Assembly (NCBI RefSeq): GCF_003231495.1 | Contig: NZ_PQWO01000008.1 | Location: forward strand, 30,001-62,000 | Direction: 5' to 3' | Source of the DNA: Acaryochloris thomasi RCC1774 | GTDB lineage: Bacteria; Cyanobacteriota; Cyanobacteriia; Thermosynechococcales; Thermosynechococcaceae | Length of the DNA stretch: 32,000 bases | Part shown: positions 8,264 through 17,704 of the stretch, piece after piece | Layout of the letters: each line of letters starts with the position of its first letter | Position numbering within the stretch: the first letter of the stretch is position 1 | Notes under the pieces: model-generated | The model's database searches: none | Told to the model about the DNA's origin: nothing | What the model saw: only the letters and a program-made list of their open reading frames with translations | Program-made: the position numbers and the translations under genes

Positions 8264-9538
8264 TTGATATCTTCTTCAAAAAAACATTCGCATAAAGAAC
8301 TTTCAGTCTACTCAGGTGACATGAGGCTTTTTTTCTTATTTATTAGCAGTATTGCAAGTTTCTTTTCTGCCTTCGGCATATCATTTATTACAGATATGCT
8401 GTGTACCAGTAGTGAAACAAGTAATTATTTTTTACTTCTGTCTTTTGCCTCCCCTCTTTCCAGCATTAAAACAAATACTCAATACATCTCTAAACTCAAA
8501 TCATTTTCTGGCAGCTTTTCTTTCATTAGAAAGGTAGAATTTCTAATCGTTGTAGCTATCACAGCATACTTCTACATTCGTTCTAGCAATGTCATCTATG
8601 CATTGAGCATGGGAACTGCATGCTATCTTTTCTCATTAAGCCTGTCTGCCATTGCAACCAAGCTTTCCTTAATGTCATCGCTACGACGCGATTTACAAGG
8701 CCCCCTAAAAACAATCCACGTATATTTGTTGAGACTCGTCACCTTTGCAATAGCCATCACGGCTCTTACGTCGACCATGATGGGAGAAGCATTCAGTATC
8801 GGCCGCCCAGTCATCGCATTAACAGCAACGTCGATAACACTCTATGCCTACTATCATTTTTTTCTTAAACAGGAAAGCATCTATGAACGAGAGATAGGGG
8901 AATCCATCGATAAAGAGAACAAAAGCACTAAGATAGTCATGACTCAGCTCTTTATCTCAATCTGTATGGCGTCTTGGACATCTACAGATAGATGGATTTT
9001 AGGACTGGCAGATATTCCTGCCGAGACCTTAAATACTGCATCTTGGTCTCAGACCGTTTCCATTGCCTGTGCAAGCATTTGCTTCTCCAGTCTATATAAG
9101 TATGTCAAACCTAAAAAGCATGTAAGTTTAGGGAAGAAAATTTTCTCGAGCAGCCAGTTCTTTTTCGCTTCTTTATTTGGAATACTAGCGATTATGCTCT
9201 CTATTTCGCAGTTCACTCCGTCTTTCCCAGCTCTTGAAAGATATTTTGTAATTGACGGCCACAACATCTTAGGAATTACCCTTGTCTCAGTCTTTACACA
9301 ACGTGCTGGAACTTTTCTTGTCTATCAAGAAGAAAACATTAAGATAAACCTACTTCAAGGGCTATTGATGCTAGTTTCTATCATCATTTCAGCAGCAACC
9401 TTTCAGCATTTTATCAAATCTAATATCTTGTGGTCAGAGGTCAGTATCATGCTGTGCTCCATAGCATGGTTTTTGTCCGTTTTCATCCTACAAAAGTGGT
9501 TGCAAAAGGGCGGAAAGAAAAACTCAATATTTTTATAA
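8264..9538 (+). CDS. polytopic inner-membrane protein, tentative Wzx-type flippase
   Basis: 424-aa AT-rich ORF, hydrophobic throughout (about 10-12 helices by eye), with context in a polysaccharide locus. The track start is TTG 8264. ATG at 8321 (MRLFFLF) is an alternative. The functional call rests only on topology and context. Confidence 0.45.
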   Translation: MISSSKKHSHKELSVYSGDMRLFFLFISSIASFFSAFGISFITDMLCTSSETSNYFLLLSFASPLSSIKTNTQYISKLKSFSGSFSFIRKVEFLIVVAITAYFYIRSSNVIYALSMGTACYLFSLSLSAIATKLSLMSSLRRDLQGPLKTIHVYLLRLVTFAIAITALTSTMMGEAFSIGRPVIALTATSITLYAYYHFFLKQESIYEREIGESIDKENKSTKIVMTQLFISICMASWTSTDRWILGLADIPAETLNTASWSQTVSIACASICFSSLYKYVKPKKHVSLGKKIFSSSQFFFASLFGILAIMLSISQFTPSFPALERYFVIDGHNILGITLVSVFTQRAGTFLVYQEENIKINLLQGLLMLVSIIISAATFQHFIKSNILWSEVSIMLCSIAWFLSVFILQKWLQKGGKKNSIFL

Positions 9539-9542
9539 AGAA

Positions 9543-10949
9543 ATGAATAAAATAGATCTATACCTCTGCGTTGCGATAAGTATATGTACAACTGGATTGT
9601 ATTCGGCTTACCAACTCAAGCAATTCAAAAAAGATACTGACCTAAGAATCTTATACATTATTTTTTATGCATTCTTTGTTTTTGGAATAATTATTAAGTC
9701 TTTAGTTTTTCATGACTTAAGTCAAAACCTTGCCTCTCTTCTTTATGAATACAGCATCAGTGAATTTATTGCATCAGGTGAATATGTCATATTTTATGGA
9801 TTAAGCGTCACAACACTGTACTTCCTAGTATTTAACTTTTTCTTCTGGAAATTTGCAGGAAAATTCAAGAGAATCGTAAAAAGAAGTTTTATAACAAGAG
9901 AGAAGAATCTAGAAACAGGCTCTAAGCTTCCCTTTATGGCTCTTACAAGCCTCCTCTCTCTTACCTCCTTATTTGGCCTACTATTCCTTATTGGCCCTAG
10001 TAATCTTGTTAGCGACTTCTCTGCAAAAAGATTTAATGACTCATTCTCAATATTAATTTATCTGCTTTTCAAGCTATCTATTTTTTCAAGAATTTTTTAT
10101 CTATTCGGAAGAATAAATTATCCCAAACTCAGCTTCCTAGGGCTTCCATACCTAGCATTACAAGCTTCTACTTTGCTGATTTCTTCCTTGGTTATATCGA
10201 ACAGGTCTTACTTGTTCATGTTTATTGTCGAAGTTATTTTAATTGAATATTTTAGCCCCAAAGAAGGATCAAAAAAACCTACTGAATACAAGAATAGATC
10301 TATAGGGTTCTTAAAAGACCAGAGCAACAAGAAGAAAAAATTTCTTTTGCTGCCGATCATTAGCATATTAGTTCTACTCTTACTTGCAATCACTGCTTTG
10401 AGAACGGCTATATCGCAGTCTTTACCACCATCGCAGTTAATGCATTTAGCATTATTGAAGATTTTATCAGGTCGCTATCTGTTTGATGTGATGAAATTAG
10501 GAGAAATCTACAATTTTATCATCAATTCCCCTAAGGATGTAACCTTTTACAGCTTCGGTTGGGTTGCCCCTTTACTGATCCCCAACCACAAAGATATAGG
10601 AGTCAGAATTGGGGCAGAAGTTTTTGGGCTCCAAAACCTTTCAACGGGAGTTACGCCAGGTATGTTTGGAGAACTCTCATATGATTTTGGTATATTTCTC
10701 GGTGCTTTAATTATTCCTGTCTTTTGTTTTGCTTACTGGCTCATTGCACAGAAGATGAAGCCTTTTATCCCTACGTCGTTTTTGCCTGTTTTCTGGGTAA
10801 TTTTGCTATCTAAGTTTATACTCGCCCTTAATTCTTCTTTCGGAGCCTGCCTGTACTCTTTTGTCTTCGATATTGCTGCCATATATACCGCCTCTCTCTT
10901 TGACAGAGTAAGGCTCAGCCCTACGTCAAGGCTCAAAAAGAGTCTTTAA
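9543..10949 (+). CDS. polytopic inner-membrane protein, tentative Wzy-type repeat-unit polymerase
   Basis: 468-aa AT-rich ORF starting 4 nt after the previous stop. Many TM helices, plus a basic loop (SPKEGSKKPTEYKNRSIGFLKDQSNKKKKF) and a larger loop in the second half. The call rests on topology and context only. The Wzx and Wzy roles of this ORF and the previous one could be swapped. Confidence 0.45.
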   Translation: MNKIDLYLCVAISICTTGLYSAYQLKQFKKDTDLRILYIIFYAFFVFGIIIKSLVFHDLSQNLASLLYEYSISEFIASGEYVIFYGLSVTTLYFLVFNFFFWKFAGKFKRIVKRSFITREKNLETGSKLPFMALTSLLSLTSLFGLLFLIGPSNLVSDFSAKRFNDSFSILIYLLFKLSIFSRIFYLFGRINYPKLSFLGLPYLALQASTLLISSLVISNRSYLFMFIVEVILIEYFSPKEGSKKPTEYKNRSIGFLKDQSNKKKKFLLLPIISILVLLLLAITALRTAISQSLPPSQLMHLALLKILSGRYLFDVMKLGEIYNFIINSPKDVTFYSFGWVAPLLIPNHKDIGVRIGAEVFGLQNLSTGVTPGMFGELSYDFGIFLGALIIPVFCFAYWLIAQKMKPFIPTSFLPVFWVILLSKFILALNSSFGACLYSFVFDIAAIYTASLFDRVRLSPTSRLKKSL

Positions 10950-11002
10950 GGTTTCACTAAAGTTATTTGATAAAATATTGATTTTCCAAAGGATCTGAAC
11001 TT

Positions 11003-12022
11003 ATGTCTCTGAACTCTGTTGTTCTCATTTCTGGAGGTACAGGTTCTTTTGGTAAGACAATGGTCAACTCTCTATTACAGCAAGGCTACGAAGAGATCCG
11101 CATCTTGAGCCGTGATGAAGCGAAGCAAGAAGAAATGCGGATTGCCTACAGCCGACCTGAGCTGAAGTTCTTCATCGGTGATATTCGAGATCGCAACTCA
11201 GTCGACAAAGCCATGAAGGGGGTCGATCTTGTTTTTCATGCTGCAGCGTTGAAGCAAGTCCCTTCCTGTGAGTTCTTCCCCTTAGAGGCTGTAAAAACCA
11301 ATATCTTGGGCAGTCAAAACGTGATTGACTCAGCCCTAGAAGCCGATGTCAAAAGCGTTGTTTGCCTAAGCACGGATAAGGCCGTCATGCCAATCAATGC
11401 GATGGGCCTCACCAAAGCAATGATGGAAAAGGTCGTGCAGGCTGCCAGTCGTCAGCTTAGTGAAGGAGACACAACGCTCTCCTGCGTACGATACGGGAAC
11501 GTGATGTGCTCCAGAGGCTCTGTAATTCCTCTCTTCATTCGGCAAATCAAAGCAGGGCAGCCGATTACGATCACAGAAGCCTCCATGACCCGCTTCATGC
11601 TGTCGCTAGATGATGCAATTAATCTCGTTGATTTCGCCTTTGAACATGCCAGTCAGGGAGACATCTTCATTAAGAAAGCTCCGGCCTGTACGGTCCAACA
11701 ACTCGTTGAGTGTCTCTTAGATTTGTTTGAAGCCAGTAATCCCATTAAAGTCATTGGTATCCGTCATGGGGAGAAGCTCTATGAGACGCTTGTGACGGCA
11801 GAAGAACTGCGGCGCTCTAAAGATATGGGAGATTATTACCGCGTCTCGATTGACGACCGAGATCTCAATTACAGCAAGTACTTTACCGAAGGCGCTGTTG
11901 AGGAAGCTGACATCGAAGATTACCATTCTCATAATACTCATCAGCTTTCTAAGGCCGAGTTGAAAGAGATTCTCCTCCGATTGCCTGAGATTAAGGACGC
12001 ACTGCAGGGAGATCGGTCATGA
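11003..12022 (+). CDS. fnlA: UDP-N-acetylglucosamine 4,6-dehydratase/5-epimerase (inverting), FnlA/CapE/WbjB type
   Basis: 339 aa. Near-colinear with S. aureus CapE as I recall it: ISGGTGSFGK, FHAAALKQVPSCEFFPLEAVKTNI, CLSTDKAVMPINAMGLTKAMMEK (Met in the usual SDR Tyr position, as in CapE), RYGNVMCSRGSVIPLF, MTRFMLSL, RHGEKLYETL, DLNYSKYF. Its stop overlaps the next start (ATGA at 12019). Confidence 0.85.
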   Translation: MSLNSVVLISGGTGSFGKTMVNSLLQQGYEEIRILSRDEAKQEEMRIAYSRPELKFFIGDIRDRNSVDKAMKGVDLVFHAAALKQVPSCEFFPLEAVKTNILGSQNVIDSALEADVKSVVCLSTDKAVMPINAMGLTKAMMEKVVQAASRQLSEGDTTLSCVRYGNVMCSRGSVIPLFIRQIKAGQPITITEASMTRFMLSLDDAINLVDFAFEHASQGDIFIKKAPACTVQQLVECLLDLFEASNPIKVIGIRHGEKLYETLVTAEELRRSKDMGDYYRVSIDDRDLNYSKYFTEGAVEEADIEDYHSHNTHQLSKAELKEILLRLPEIKDALQGDRS

Positions 12023-13143
12023 AAATTGTCATCACAGGAGCCAATGGCCTACTAGGCTGGCACCTCCGGTGTCACTTGGGGGCGAATGAGACTTTCAAAG
12101 ATCATCTAGTGCCCCTGGATCGTCCTGCCTTCAATGACGATCAGAAACTGGCCGCAGCGCTGACGGGGGCAACGGCAGTCGTTCATCTAGCAGGCGTCAA
12201 TCGTGCCTCCGAGGCCGAAGTTGAGACGGGTAATATCATCATCGCCAAGCGCTTAGTTGAAGGCTTACAGGCTGCAAAGGCAACGCCCCACCTACTCTTT
12301 GCCAATAGCGTGCACAAAGACCAAGACAACGCCTATGGTCGGGGTAAGACAACAGCCCATCAGATTCTGGCGGATTGGGCGGAGGAACATGACGCTAAGT
12401 ACACTGAGCTGGTTCTTCCCCATGTATTTGGCGAATGTGGACGCCCCTTCTACAACTCTGTTGTATTCACGTTTTGCCATCAGCTTGTTCAAGGTGAGCC
12501 GCTAACGGTGAACGCTGACGGTCGCTTAGAGCTGCTTCATGCACAAGATATCAGCGATCGCATTGCTAAAGTTTTGAAACAGGGGCAAACAGGTGAACTA
12601 CGGCTACTGGGACACAAGATTTCGGTGAAGGCTGTCGCCGATCAGCTTTCAGCAATGCATGACAGCTACAGTCGCGACATCATTCCAGATTTACGCGATC
12701 GCTTTGAGCTACAGCTTTTTAACACTCTCCGCTCATTTATGTACCCAAGCTTTTACCCACGGGGGCTGAAGCTGAATACGGATAACAGAGGGTCTTTATT
12801 TGAAGCGGTGAAAAATGAGAATGGCGGACAGGCTTTCCTCTCCACGACCAAACCAGGCATTACTCGCGGCAATCATTATCACTTCAATAAGGTCGAGCGC
12901 TTTCTTGTGGTTCGGGGGCAAGCCGACATCTGTATTCGCCGCCTTTTAAATGATCAGGTTGAGACCTTTAAGGTTTCTGGCGAACAGCCGACATACATTG
13001 ATATGCCGACGCTGCACACCCACAACATCACCAACACAGGTGACGATGAGCTAATAACGCTTTTTTGGAGTCATGAAATTTTCGATCCTGAAGCTCCTGA
13101 TACCTACTACGAGCCTGTGCCTATGGAGCCCAGCCAGTCATGA
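12019..13143 (+). CDS. fnlB: bifunctional C3-epimerase/C4-reductase of UDP-L-FucNAc synthesis, FnlB/CapF/WbjC type (SDR N-domain plus cupin C-domain)
   Basis: 374 aa. MKIVITGANGLLG, VVHLAGVNR, NAYGRGK, YNSVVFTFCHQL. C-terminal cupin-like DNRGSLFEAV...KPGITRGNHYHFNKVERFLVVRG...HTHNITNTGDDELITLFW...FDPEAPDTY parallels CapF as recalled. ATGA overlap with the next gene at 13140. Confidence 0.8.
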   Translation: MKIVITGANGLLGWHLRCHLGANETFKDHLVPLDRPAFNDDQKLAAALTGATAVVHLAGVNRASEAEVETGNIIIAKRLVEGLQAAKATPHLLFANSVHKDQDNAYGRGKTTAHQILADWAEEHDAKYTELVLPHVFGECGRPFYNSVVFTFCHQLVQGEPLTVNADGRLELLHAQDISDRIAKVLKQGQTGELRLLGHKISVKAVADQLSAMHDSYSRDIIPDLRDRFELQLFNTLRSFMYPSFYPRGLKLNTDNRGSLFEAVKNENGGQAFLSTTKPGITRGNHYHFNKVERFLVVRGQADICIRRLLNDQVETFKVSGEQPTYIDMPTLHTHNITNTGDDELITLFWSHEIFDPEAPDTYYEPVPMEPSQS

Positions 13144-14294
13144 AAGTAATGACCATTCTCGGCACCCGTCCCGAGATTATTCGGCTATCCCGCGTGATGG
13201 CAGCTTTGGATCAGACGGTAGATCACAAGCTGGTGCATACTGGCCAGAACTACGATTACGAACTCAACGACGTGTTCTTTGAAGAGTTGGGCGTTCGTCA
13301 ACCCGATCATTTTCTTAAAGTTGATACTTCTTCACTGGGCCGGAGCCTGGGTGAGATCTTAATCAAGACAGAGGAAGTCTTGCTAGCCGAGCAGCCCGAT
13401 GCAGTCTTGGTTTTAGGGGATACCAATAGTGCGATCGCAACTCTAATGGCGAAGCGGATGAAAATCCCCACGTACCACATGGAGGCAGGCAATCGCTGCT
13501 TTGACGCCAACGTCCCGGAAGAGATTAATCGCAAAATCGTCGATCACACCGCCGACTTCAACCTGGTATACACCGAACATGCCCGTCGGCACTTGCTGAG
13601 CGAGGGTTTACCCCATCGGTTTATTTATCTCACCGGCTCCCCCATGCGGGAAGTCCTAGAACATCATCTGACTCAAATCCAGGAGTCCTCAGTTCTAGAC
13701 ACCTTGGGTCTGAAAAAGGGCGAATACTTTATCGTCAGCGTTCACCGCGAAGAGAACGTCGATAGTCGAGAGAACTTGCAAAAGGTGGTGGAGGCTCTGC
13801 AGGCACTGAACTCAAATTTTGACCTCCCCGTGGTGGTCTCGACGCATCCTCGAACCCGAAATCGGCTCGACAAGCTGGGCCTGAAAATTGATGATCAGCA
13901 GATCCGATTTTTGAAGCCCTTTGGATTTTTTGACTATAATCATCTTCAACTCAACGCTAAATGTGCCATCTCAGATAGCGGCACCATTAGTGAAGAGGCC
14001 TCCATTCTGGAGTTCCCCGCCGTGACAATGCGCCGGTCGATTGAGCGGCCCGAGGCTTTAGATACAGGGGCGATTGCGCTCACAGGACTTGATGCGCAGA
14101 CTTTGATTGATGGGGTTGGGGTTGCGATCGCAACTAGAACCACCTTTTCCGGCACCGCACGCGAAATTCCTGAAGCCTACAAAATCCGCAACACCTCTGA
14201 GCGTGTCGTCCGCCTGATCACAGGGACAGCCAAACTGACCCAACATTGGCGTAATATGGACGGGTTTAGCCGATACGACTGGCAAGAATCATAG
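13140..14294 (+). CDS. fnlC: UDP-N-acetylglucosamine 2-epimerase family (non-hydrolysing), FnlC/CapG/WbjD type
   Basis: 384 aa. MKVMTILGTRPEIIRLS, VLVLGDTNSAIA, HMEAGNRCFD..VPEEINRKIVDH, SVHREENVD, ISDSGTISEEASIL are typical WecB/FnlC-family motifs. It is the third gene of an overlapping fnlABC-like trio. Confidence 0.85.
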   Translation: MKVMTILGTRPEIIRLSRVMAALDQTVDHKLVHTGQNYDYELNDVFFEELGVRQPDHFLKVDTSSLGRSLGEILIKTEEVLLAEQPDAVLVLGDTNSAIATLMAKRMKIPTYHMEAGNRCFDANVPEEINRKIVDHTADFNLVYTEHARRHLLSEGLPHRFIYLTGSPMREVLEHHLTQIQESSVLDTLGLKKGEYFIVSVHREENVDSRENLQKVVEALQALNSNFDLPVVVSTHPRTRNRLDKLGLKIDDQQIRFLKPFGFFDYNHLQLNAKCAISDSGTISEEASILEFPAVTMRRSIERPEALDTGAIALTGLDAQTLIDGVGVAIATRTTFSGTAREIPEAYKIRNTSERVVRLITGTAKLTQHWRNMDGFSRYDWQES

Positions 14295-14307
14295 CGAGCT
14301 TCATCCC

Positions 14308-15543
14308 TTGGATATGACCGATTCGCCGACCCCTCAACGCATCTTGGCGGTTCACCGCTACTACTGGCCAGATACAGCACCCTACGCTTCATTGTTAAGA
14401 CGCATTGTTGCCCACTGGAGTCAGGAAGGACACCATGTAGAAGTCCTTTCATCTCAACCCTCTTACAAAAAAGACATCGCCCTAGAAAATCGACCGTTCC
14501 AAGAGCAAATTGATGGAGTTCACGTTAGGCGGCTGGCTCTCCCAAACGAGGCAGGTCGCCCATTCATACGACTTCTTAACGCTTTGCGCCTCTGCCTCTC
14601 TGTCTTTTTGCGCATTTTGATTGGGCGATACGACATTGTCATGATTTCCAGCATCCCTCCCGTTCTTGGCGGTGTTACAGTCGCCACTGCAGCTCGTCTG
14701 ACGGGCACTCGATTTATTTATCACTGCATGGATATTCATCCTGAAGTTGGCCGCGTCTCAGGTGAATTTTCTAATCCCACCCTTTTCAGAATCCTGCAAA
14801 CACTTGATACCTGGACCTGTAATCAAGCCAACCCTGCCATCGTTCTATCCTCGGATATGGAACAAGCACTCTACAACCGTCCCGGTGGAGAATCAATACA
14901 AGTCCAAGTGCTTAATAATTTCAGTCTCCCCAGTCCTACGACACTGCCAGATACACTGCCATTCCAACTCTCTAGCAAAGGATTTACTGTTTTATTTGCA
15001 GGTAACATTGGTCGCTTCCAAGGCTTAGACACCGCTGTCGCAGCGATGGGAGAGTTGCAACATCGCCCCGATATCGAGCTACTAATGATGGGGGATGGAG
15101 TCGCCAAAGCCAGGTTGATACAGCAAGCACAGACATTAAAAGCCAACGTCCGATTTGTAAAGCACTATCCTATAGAGGTAGCAAAAGCTACTATGCGCCT
15201 AGCAGGAGCAGGATTCGTGAGTCTTCGGCCTGGGTTATATCAATACGTTTACCCAAGCAAAACAATGACCTATTTAGAGCAGGGGTGCCCTTTACTCGTC
15301 GCCATTGAACCCGAAAGCAAGTTAGCCATAGCTGTTTGCAAGGAGAACCTAGGATTGAGCGTACCCAACGGAGATGTCCAAGCACTTGCCAAGGCCATCG
15401 TTCAACTTGCTGATACCGGTGACCAACGAGCAATAATGCGCTCATCAGCCTTGAAAAAAGCTCAAACAGAAGGTTCAGAGGCTATCATTTTGCAAAAATG
15501 GTCGCAACTACTCCTTCAGAATGAACGAAGGGATCATGTATAA
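14308..15543 (+). CDS. GT4-family (GT-B) glycosyltransferase, WbuB-like candidate L-FucNAc transferase
   Basis: 411 aa. N-terminal ILAVHRYYWPDTAPYA, as in WbuB-type enzymes that commonly follow fnlABC. C-terminal GT-B half has FAGNIGRFQGLD and YVYPSKTMTYLEQGCPLL (EX7E-region-like). Donor specificity is inferred from context only. Confidence 0.7.
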   Translation: MDMTDSPTPQRILAVHRYYWPDTAPYASLLRRIVAHWSQEGHHVEVLSSQPSYKKDIALENRPFQEQIDGVHVRRLALPNEAGRPFIRLLNALRLCLSVFLRILIGRYDIVMISSIPPVLGGVTVATAARLTGTRFIYHCMDIHPEVGRVSGEFSNPTLFRILQTLDTWTCNQANPAIVLSSDMEQALYNRPGGESIQVQVLNNFSLPSPTTLPDTLPFQLSSKGFTVLFAGNIGRFQGLDTAVAAMGELQHRPDIELLMMGDGVAKARLIQQAQTLKANVRFVKHYPIEVAKATMRLAGAGFVSLRPGLYQYVYPSKTMTYLEQGCPLLVAIEPESKLAIAVCKENLGLSVPNGDVQALAKAIVQLADTGDQRAIMRSSALKKAQTEGSEAIILQKWSQLLLQNERRDHV

Positions 15544-15868
15544 CACTGTCATAACAAGTACAACCTGGCCTCAAGGAAGAAAACCATTGCCAGAGGAAAA
15601 GCCTGCTTCAAAGCTTGAAACAGATATATCTCCAACAAAGAGCAAAACCAATTGCCTTAACGTTCCGTTTGTTGATACAGTTATGCCTGAATCACCTACC
15701 AACAAGGCGTTTGACAGCTATCTCCCAAGGAATCTAATACATTTTCACTCATGAGGCACAGCAAGGGGAAGAGTATTCAAGTAAAACAATGCCTAAACTC
15801 TTTAGAAATTCATAGGGTCTTACCGAGGAAAAGCAAAATCTACTTCCAAAAAGCTTTTCTCTGACGAA

Positions 15869-15898
15869 GTTATAATCGGAAAAGTTATAATCGGAAAA
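15869..15898. repeat. perfect tandem duplication, 2 x 15 bp (GTTATAATCGGAAAA)
   Basis: Read directly from the sequence: 15869..15883 equals 15884..15898. The periodicity extends to 15867..15899. Each unit contains TATAAT. It lies in the 549-bp non-coding AT-rich gap between the GT4 gene and the FkbM gene. Confidence 0.95.
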
Positions 15899-16092
15899 GC
15901 ATTAGCCCTACAGAATTCAAGGAACACACTTTTACTGCTTAAAAATCCATAAAGACTAGTCTCTTTTTCTAAAAAAACTCTAAAAAGCGAGAAAAACCTT
16001 AAACATATATCGTCTCGTAGAGATGTCATATTTTGTGAGATAGGAGCAAAAGCATATGTCATTGAATATAGACAAACAAAGAGGTATTTATT

Positions 16093-16836
16093 TTGAATAA
16101 AAAGCCATTTTTGAGATTCCAGTGGAGCCATCGTGCGAAACTTCATCGGGAACTGGTCAAAACATACAACTCAATTTTGTACAATATTCCTTTCGATCTT
16201 AAATATAGCATCGGGAAAAACCTTCGTTCCAATCAGAAGCCTTATTCATTGGTGCCAAACTTAAAAACCATTGTTCAAGTAGGTTCACCTAAAGACACGC
16301 TCCATTCTGGCCGTTCTAGAGGCATGTACTTTTGTCTATTTGCTGAATCAGAATGCAACGTTGTTGTTGTCGAGCCTGACCCTAAAAATGTAGAGGAATT
16401 CAACTCAATCATTACGCAGAAAGGGCTTACAAATTCTGTAGTTGCTCCATACGCTGCATGGTCAGAAAACACCGACTTAAGTTTATATGTCGACCGCAAT
16501 CATCCTGCGACCAACTTCACCGCTGGATGCACCGAATATGATGAGAAGCGGATGGGAGACTTCTGCGATATCAAAGTACCAGCCAAAACAATTGACACTG
16601 TCATTGCAGATCTCGGACTCAAAGACGTCGACCTAGTCAGTATTACAACCAACGGATCAGAGTGGGATATCATTGATGGAATGTCTCACATACTAGAGGC
16701 TGGACTAAAGTATCTATGTATTGCGAGTGGTTCTCCAGATGATGCATCGCTACACAAAAGAATGAAAGATCTTGGTTTTGAGTTCAACGCTTATGACGAT
16801 CGCGGATGTACATTTTCACGAATAGAGTCAATATGA
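16093..16836 (+). CDS. FkbM-family SAM-dependent methyltransferase
   Basis: 247 aa. IVQVGSPKD...VVVVEPDPKNVEEF and TIDTVIADLGLKDVDLVSITTNGSEWDIIDGM match the FkbM-domain pattern. TTG start at 16093, preceded by AAGAGG (16079..16084) with an 8-nt spacer. The first in-frame ATG (M78) would delete the nucleotide-binding segment, so a non-ATG start is likely. Confidence 0.65.
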   Translation: MNKKPFLRFQWSHRAKLHRELVKTYNSILYNIPFDLKYSIGKNLRSNQKPYSLVPNLKTIVQVGSPKDTLHSGRSRGMYFCLFAESECNVVVVEPDPKNVEEFNSIITQKGLTNSVVAPYAAWSENTDLSLYVDRNHPATNFTAGCTEYDEKRMGDFCDIKVPAKTIDTVIADLGLKDVDLVSITTNGSEWDIIDGMSHILEAGLKYLCIASGSPDDASLHKRMKDLGFEFNAYDDRGCTFSRIESI

Positions 16837-16849
16837 TGACATCACTATC

Positions 16850-17704
16850 ATGAACTCTAGCTATCAGCCTCTTATCTTAATTGGTGCAGCACGATCGGGC
16901 ACAAAACTTTTGAGAGATAGCATTGCATGTCATCCTCATGTCGATAAAGTACCTTACGATATCAACTACGTTTGGAAGTTTGGAAATGAGGATATACCTC
17001 ATGACGAATTGAAAATCGATGATTTAAACAATGCTATCAGGACAAAAATAGCTAGCGCGATTGATCGATTTAGTAGAGGCTCTCCATATATTATTGAAAA
17101 AACAGTAAGTAACTGTTTAAGAGTGCCCTATGTTGCTTCTGTTTTTCCTGATGCAAAATATCTGCATATTGTCCGCAACGGATTTGATGTCATTGAATCT
17201 GTTGCACGGCAATGGACAGCTCAACCTGACTGGCAATACATATTCCAGAAAGCACTTACATTTCCCATTCTAGATGCCTTCGGATATGGAATATCCTATA
17301 CAAAAAAAACTATTCAAAGCCTATGGGTTAGCGACAGCAAGAACATAGCCACTTGGGGGGTCCGCTATGACGGAATCGATGAAGACATAAAAGTGAGAAA
17401 CCTACTAGAAGTTTGCGCAATTCAGTGGTCCCAATCAGTTTCTAAGGCTTCTGCTGGCCTAAAAAATATAAATAGCGAAAATTTATTACTAGTCCGCTAC
17501 GAAGATTTCGTAGAAAACCCTAATTTAGTACTTGAAAAGATTGCTGAATTTGCGAACATAGATCTAAGTCTATGCTTAAAAAGCACAGACTTAGGCGCAA
17601 TTCGGAAGGATGAAGTGGGTAAGGGCATACGCACACTGACCCTAGAGCAGCGAAAATCAATTTCACCAATTATAGAAAAGGAGCTAGCTCTTTTTAGCTA
17701 CTAA
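16850..17704 (+). CDS. PAPS-dependent sulfotransferase family protein (second copy, dissimilar to 7437..8186)
   Basis: 284 aa. 5'-PSB-like [14 protein letters not shown]. 3'-PB-like [13 protein letters not shown]. Also [14 protein letters not shown]-rich. Confidence 0.75.
   Translation: MNSSYQPLILIGAARSGTKLLRDSIACHPHVDKVPYDINYVWKFGNEDIPHDELKIDDLNNAIRTKIASAIDRFSRGSPYIIEKTVSNCLRVPYVASVFPDAKYLHIVRNGFDVIESVARQWTAQPDWQYIFQKALTFPILDAFGYGISYTKKTIQSLWVSDSKNIATWGVRYDGIDEDIKVRNLLEVCAIQWSQSVSKASAGLKNINSENLLLVRYEDFVENPNLVLEKIAEFANIDLSLCLKSTDLGAIRKDEVGKGIRTLTLEQRKSISPIIEKELALFSY

Noticed and set aside
15521-15754. 77-aa plus-strand ORF overlapping the 3' end of the GT4 gene. I also found a minus-strand frame of about 47 codons at roughly 15575..15715 while reading the gap (LVGDSGITVSTNGTLRQLVLLFVGDISV...).
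   Set aside because: I can see no family motifs and no convincing start context. Either could be a degraded gene remnant at the cassette junction, but I cannot support that from sequence alone.
15869-15898. Possible CRISPR or minisatellite
   Set aside because: There are only two contiguous 15-bp units with no spacers and no cas genes. I kept it as a simple tandem duplication.
15820-16146. 108-aa minus-strand ORF in the AT-rich gap
   Set aside because: It has low-complexity Phe/Leu/Ser-rich sequence. It translates straight through the 15-bp tandem repeat (giving FPIITFPIIT) and overlaps the FkbM start and its Shine-Dalgarno. It is most likely a chance ORF in AT-rich DNA.
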